NCBI GenBank assembly: GCA_051294375.1
Contig: CM119266.1
Span: forward strand, 26,989,690 to 27,053,689
Origin: Paraspadella gotoi
Lineage: Eukaryota > Animalia > Chaetognatha
DNA: 64,000 bases
Direction of reading: 5' to 3'
Both the position numbers and the translations under genes were made by a program. Shown here one piece after another: positions 62,401 through 64,000 of the stretch; the first letter of the stretch is position 1, and the number at the start of each line of letters is the position of its first letter. The notes beneath the pieces are model-generated. The model saw only the letters and a program-made list of their open reading frames with translations, searched no databases and had not been told where the DNA came from.

Positions 62401-64000
62401 TGATGAAATTGGAGAGAGCAAAGTGTTGAAAAGTGAAGGGGGCTGTTGACTGTGAGCGAGAACGTTAAAGGGGCTTCGGATGTTGGCCGTGGTGAAAATA
62501 ATGATCACGGTGAAGCCGAGAGATGTGATCCAACTCGGGGATTTAAAGCAGACAGGTGAGCTGAATGGAATCGAGAGGAGTCGAGTGAGTGTGATACGAT
62601 TCCTTTCGCCTCTTGACCCATTAAATCTATGGTCGCAAGAAAAAGCACAAAAAAGCACAAAAAAGCATAAAAGTGTTTTTTTTGGTGAATGAATGGAATC
62701 CTGGACATTGCTAAACTGGAAACATTGTGCAATTGTAAATTGTTAATATAATCGTGTATAGTACAAAATACTGGATCACTTGTCAAATAAAAAAACATTC
62801 ATTCACATCTTCGAGACCGACCAAAATCCTCAAACCCTGCCCCTTCCCCTCCAAAAGAAAAAACCCTCGCCAATTTCAACGGGCACAACCCTTTTCCGCC
62901 CTTTGGAGAAGTTCGCCGATGAGTAGAAAGGCCCGGGGTGGAACCCTCCAAGAGCTCCTCTCGCCCGCAGCTCGCTCATCGTTCCGCCGGCTCAACTGGC
63001 CCCCCGCGGCACCCTTTAAAAGAACTGGGTCAACTCATCCCTTTTTCTCATTCAACCCCCGCAAAAGGGAACCTGAAAAAAAAAGAAGCCGAAATACTGA
63101 TCTGATGCTTTTTTTTTTCATTTGGAAAATGAGATTAAGAAAATCGCGTTATTTAATGACGTACGTTACTATTTTTAGTATCTCTTCAGTTGTGTAGTTT
63201 GAAAAAAAATATATCAAAAGGAAAACTGGCAGCTTGGTGATCATTTATTGAGACTTAAGAGAAAAGCGACACTAACTGCCACTCAGAGACAGATACGAAA
63301 ACCGAGTTTTACAGATGCAGACATTTACATTGAAAAACCACGCATTTCCTCCTTCAGTTCCCCTCCCCCACATTCAGCCGCCCTCCCGAAAATCCGGCCT
63401 TCGATATTCGTCGTGAGAGGCCGCGAAACCAAATCGACGAGAAACCTTAAAAAACGGCGTGAAAAATTCGAGGAAGGCGTCTCGAGATCAGTGTCCGTGA
63501 AAATCGCGTTCGTCAACCGAGAAAATCGCTGAATCACACCGAACGCGCGAGATGCGATGCCACGCTAACTTGCGGTCTTATTGGATGCGAGGAGGCGTCT
63601 TTGTAAAAGGGGTTTTTAAATCGGTTATTATTTAAACTTTTTTGGGGGGAAAGGGGGATTATTAAATAATTTTATCTTATTTTTATTTTAAAAAAGAATA
63701 TTAAAATGAAAAGAAGACACGGACGAATCCTTAAAAGTTTTTAAGCTTTCCTCAAAAAAGTTTGGCCATCTTTTAAAATCAGACAAGATAAATTAAAAGT
63801 GATAATTTTTAACTAAAGCTTCTGGGTCATCGTTTTTTCGCTGCGTCAGCGTTTCTAAGCAACGACAGTTGTTAAGAGTTTTATGTCCACTTAACCCAAA
63901 ACGATTTTTTGTTCTCCCTCAGTTAATTTTACTTTTTCTAAGCAACCCCTTTCAATTCCTGGTCAGCCTAACTCGAAATTCACGCACCCCTGTGATTCCA

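Noticed and set aside
61531-62658. Minus-strand ORFs as candidate signal-peptide exon of the plexin
   Set aside because: No convincing signal peptide or plexin N-terminal motif combined with a well-placed donor.
1-64000. Hammerhead ribozymes, tRNA, rRNA, snRNA, transposase or reverse transcriptase ORFs
   Set aside because: The CTGANGA hits inspected lacked stem II plus GAAA, and no other diagnostic motifs were seen by eye. An Infernal/HMMER scan would be needed to exclude them formally.

Overview
Eukaryotic (animal, probably invertebrate) intronic DNA rich in (GA)n, (GAC)n and polypurine tracts. Almost all ORFs in the six-frame track are low-complexity noise. The window holds 13 hand-spliced minus-strand coding exons (57420 down to 284, about 2060 nt, about 686 aa) of one plexin gene, most like invertebrate Plexin-B. 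They encode Sema, PSI, TIG, a second PSI and the start of the next TIG domain. Splice phases join all the way through, apart from a 1-nt frameshift in the exon at 6812-7000; the last exon ends in a GC donor. The signal-peptide exon(s) were not identified, and the TM/GAP-domain exons lie beyond coordinate 1. A ~4.4 kb inverted duplication (1022-5460 vs 9275-13567) and a ~0.8 kb tandem duplication (41831-43444) each carry frameshifted copies of plexin exons and abut 25-N gaps, so they are probably gap-filling artefacts. Other features: a ~550 bp fold-back MITE-like element, a short dispersed repeat family, several minisatellites, G-rich 5' and C-rich 3' intron ends, and candidate antisense micro-exons. 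No clear novel multi-gene system is supported.
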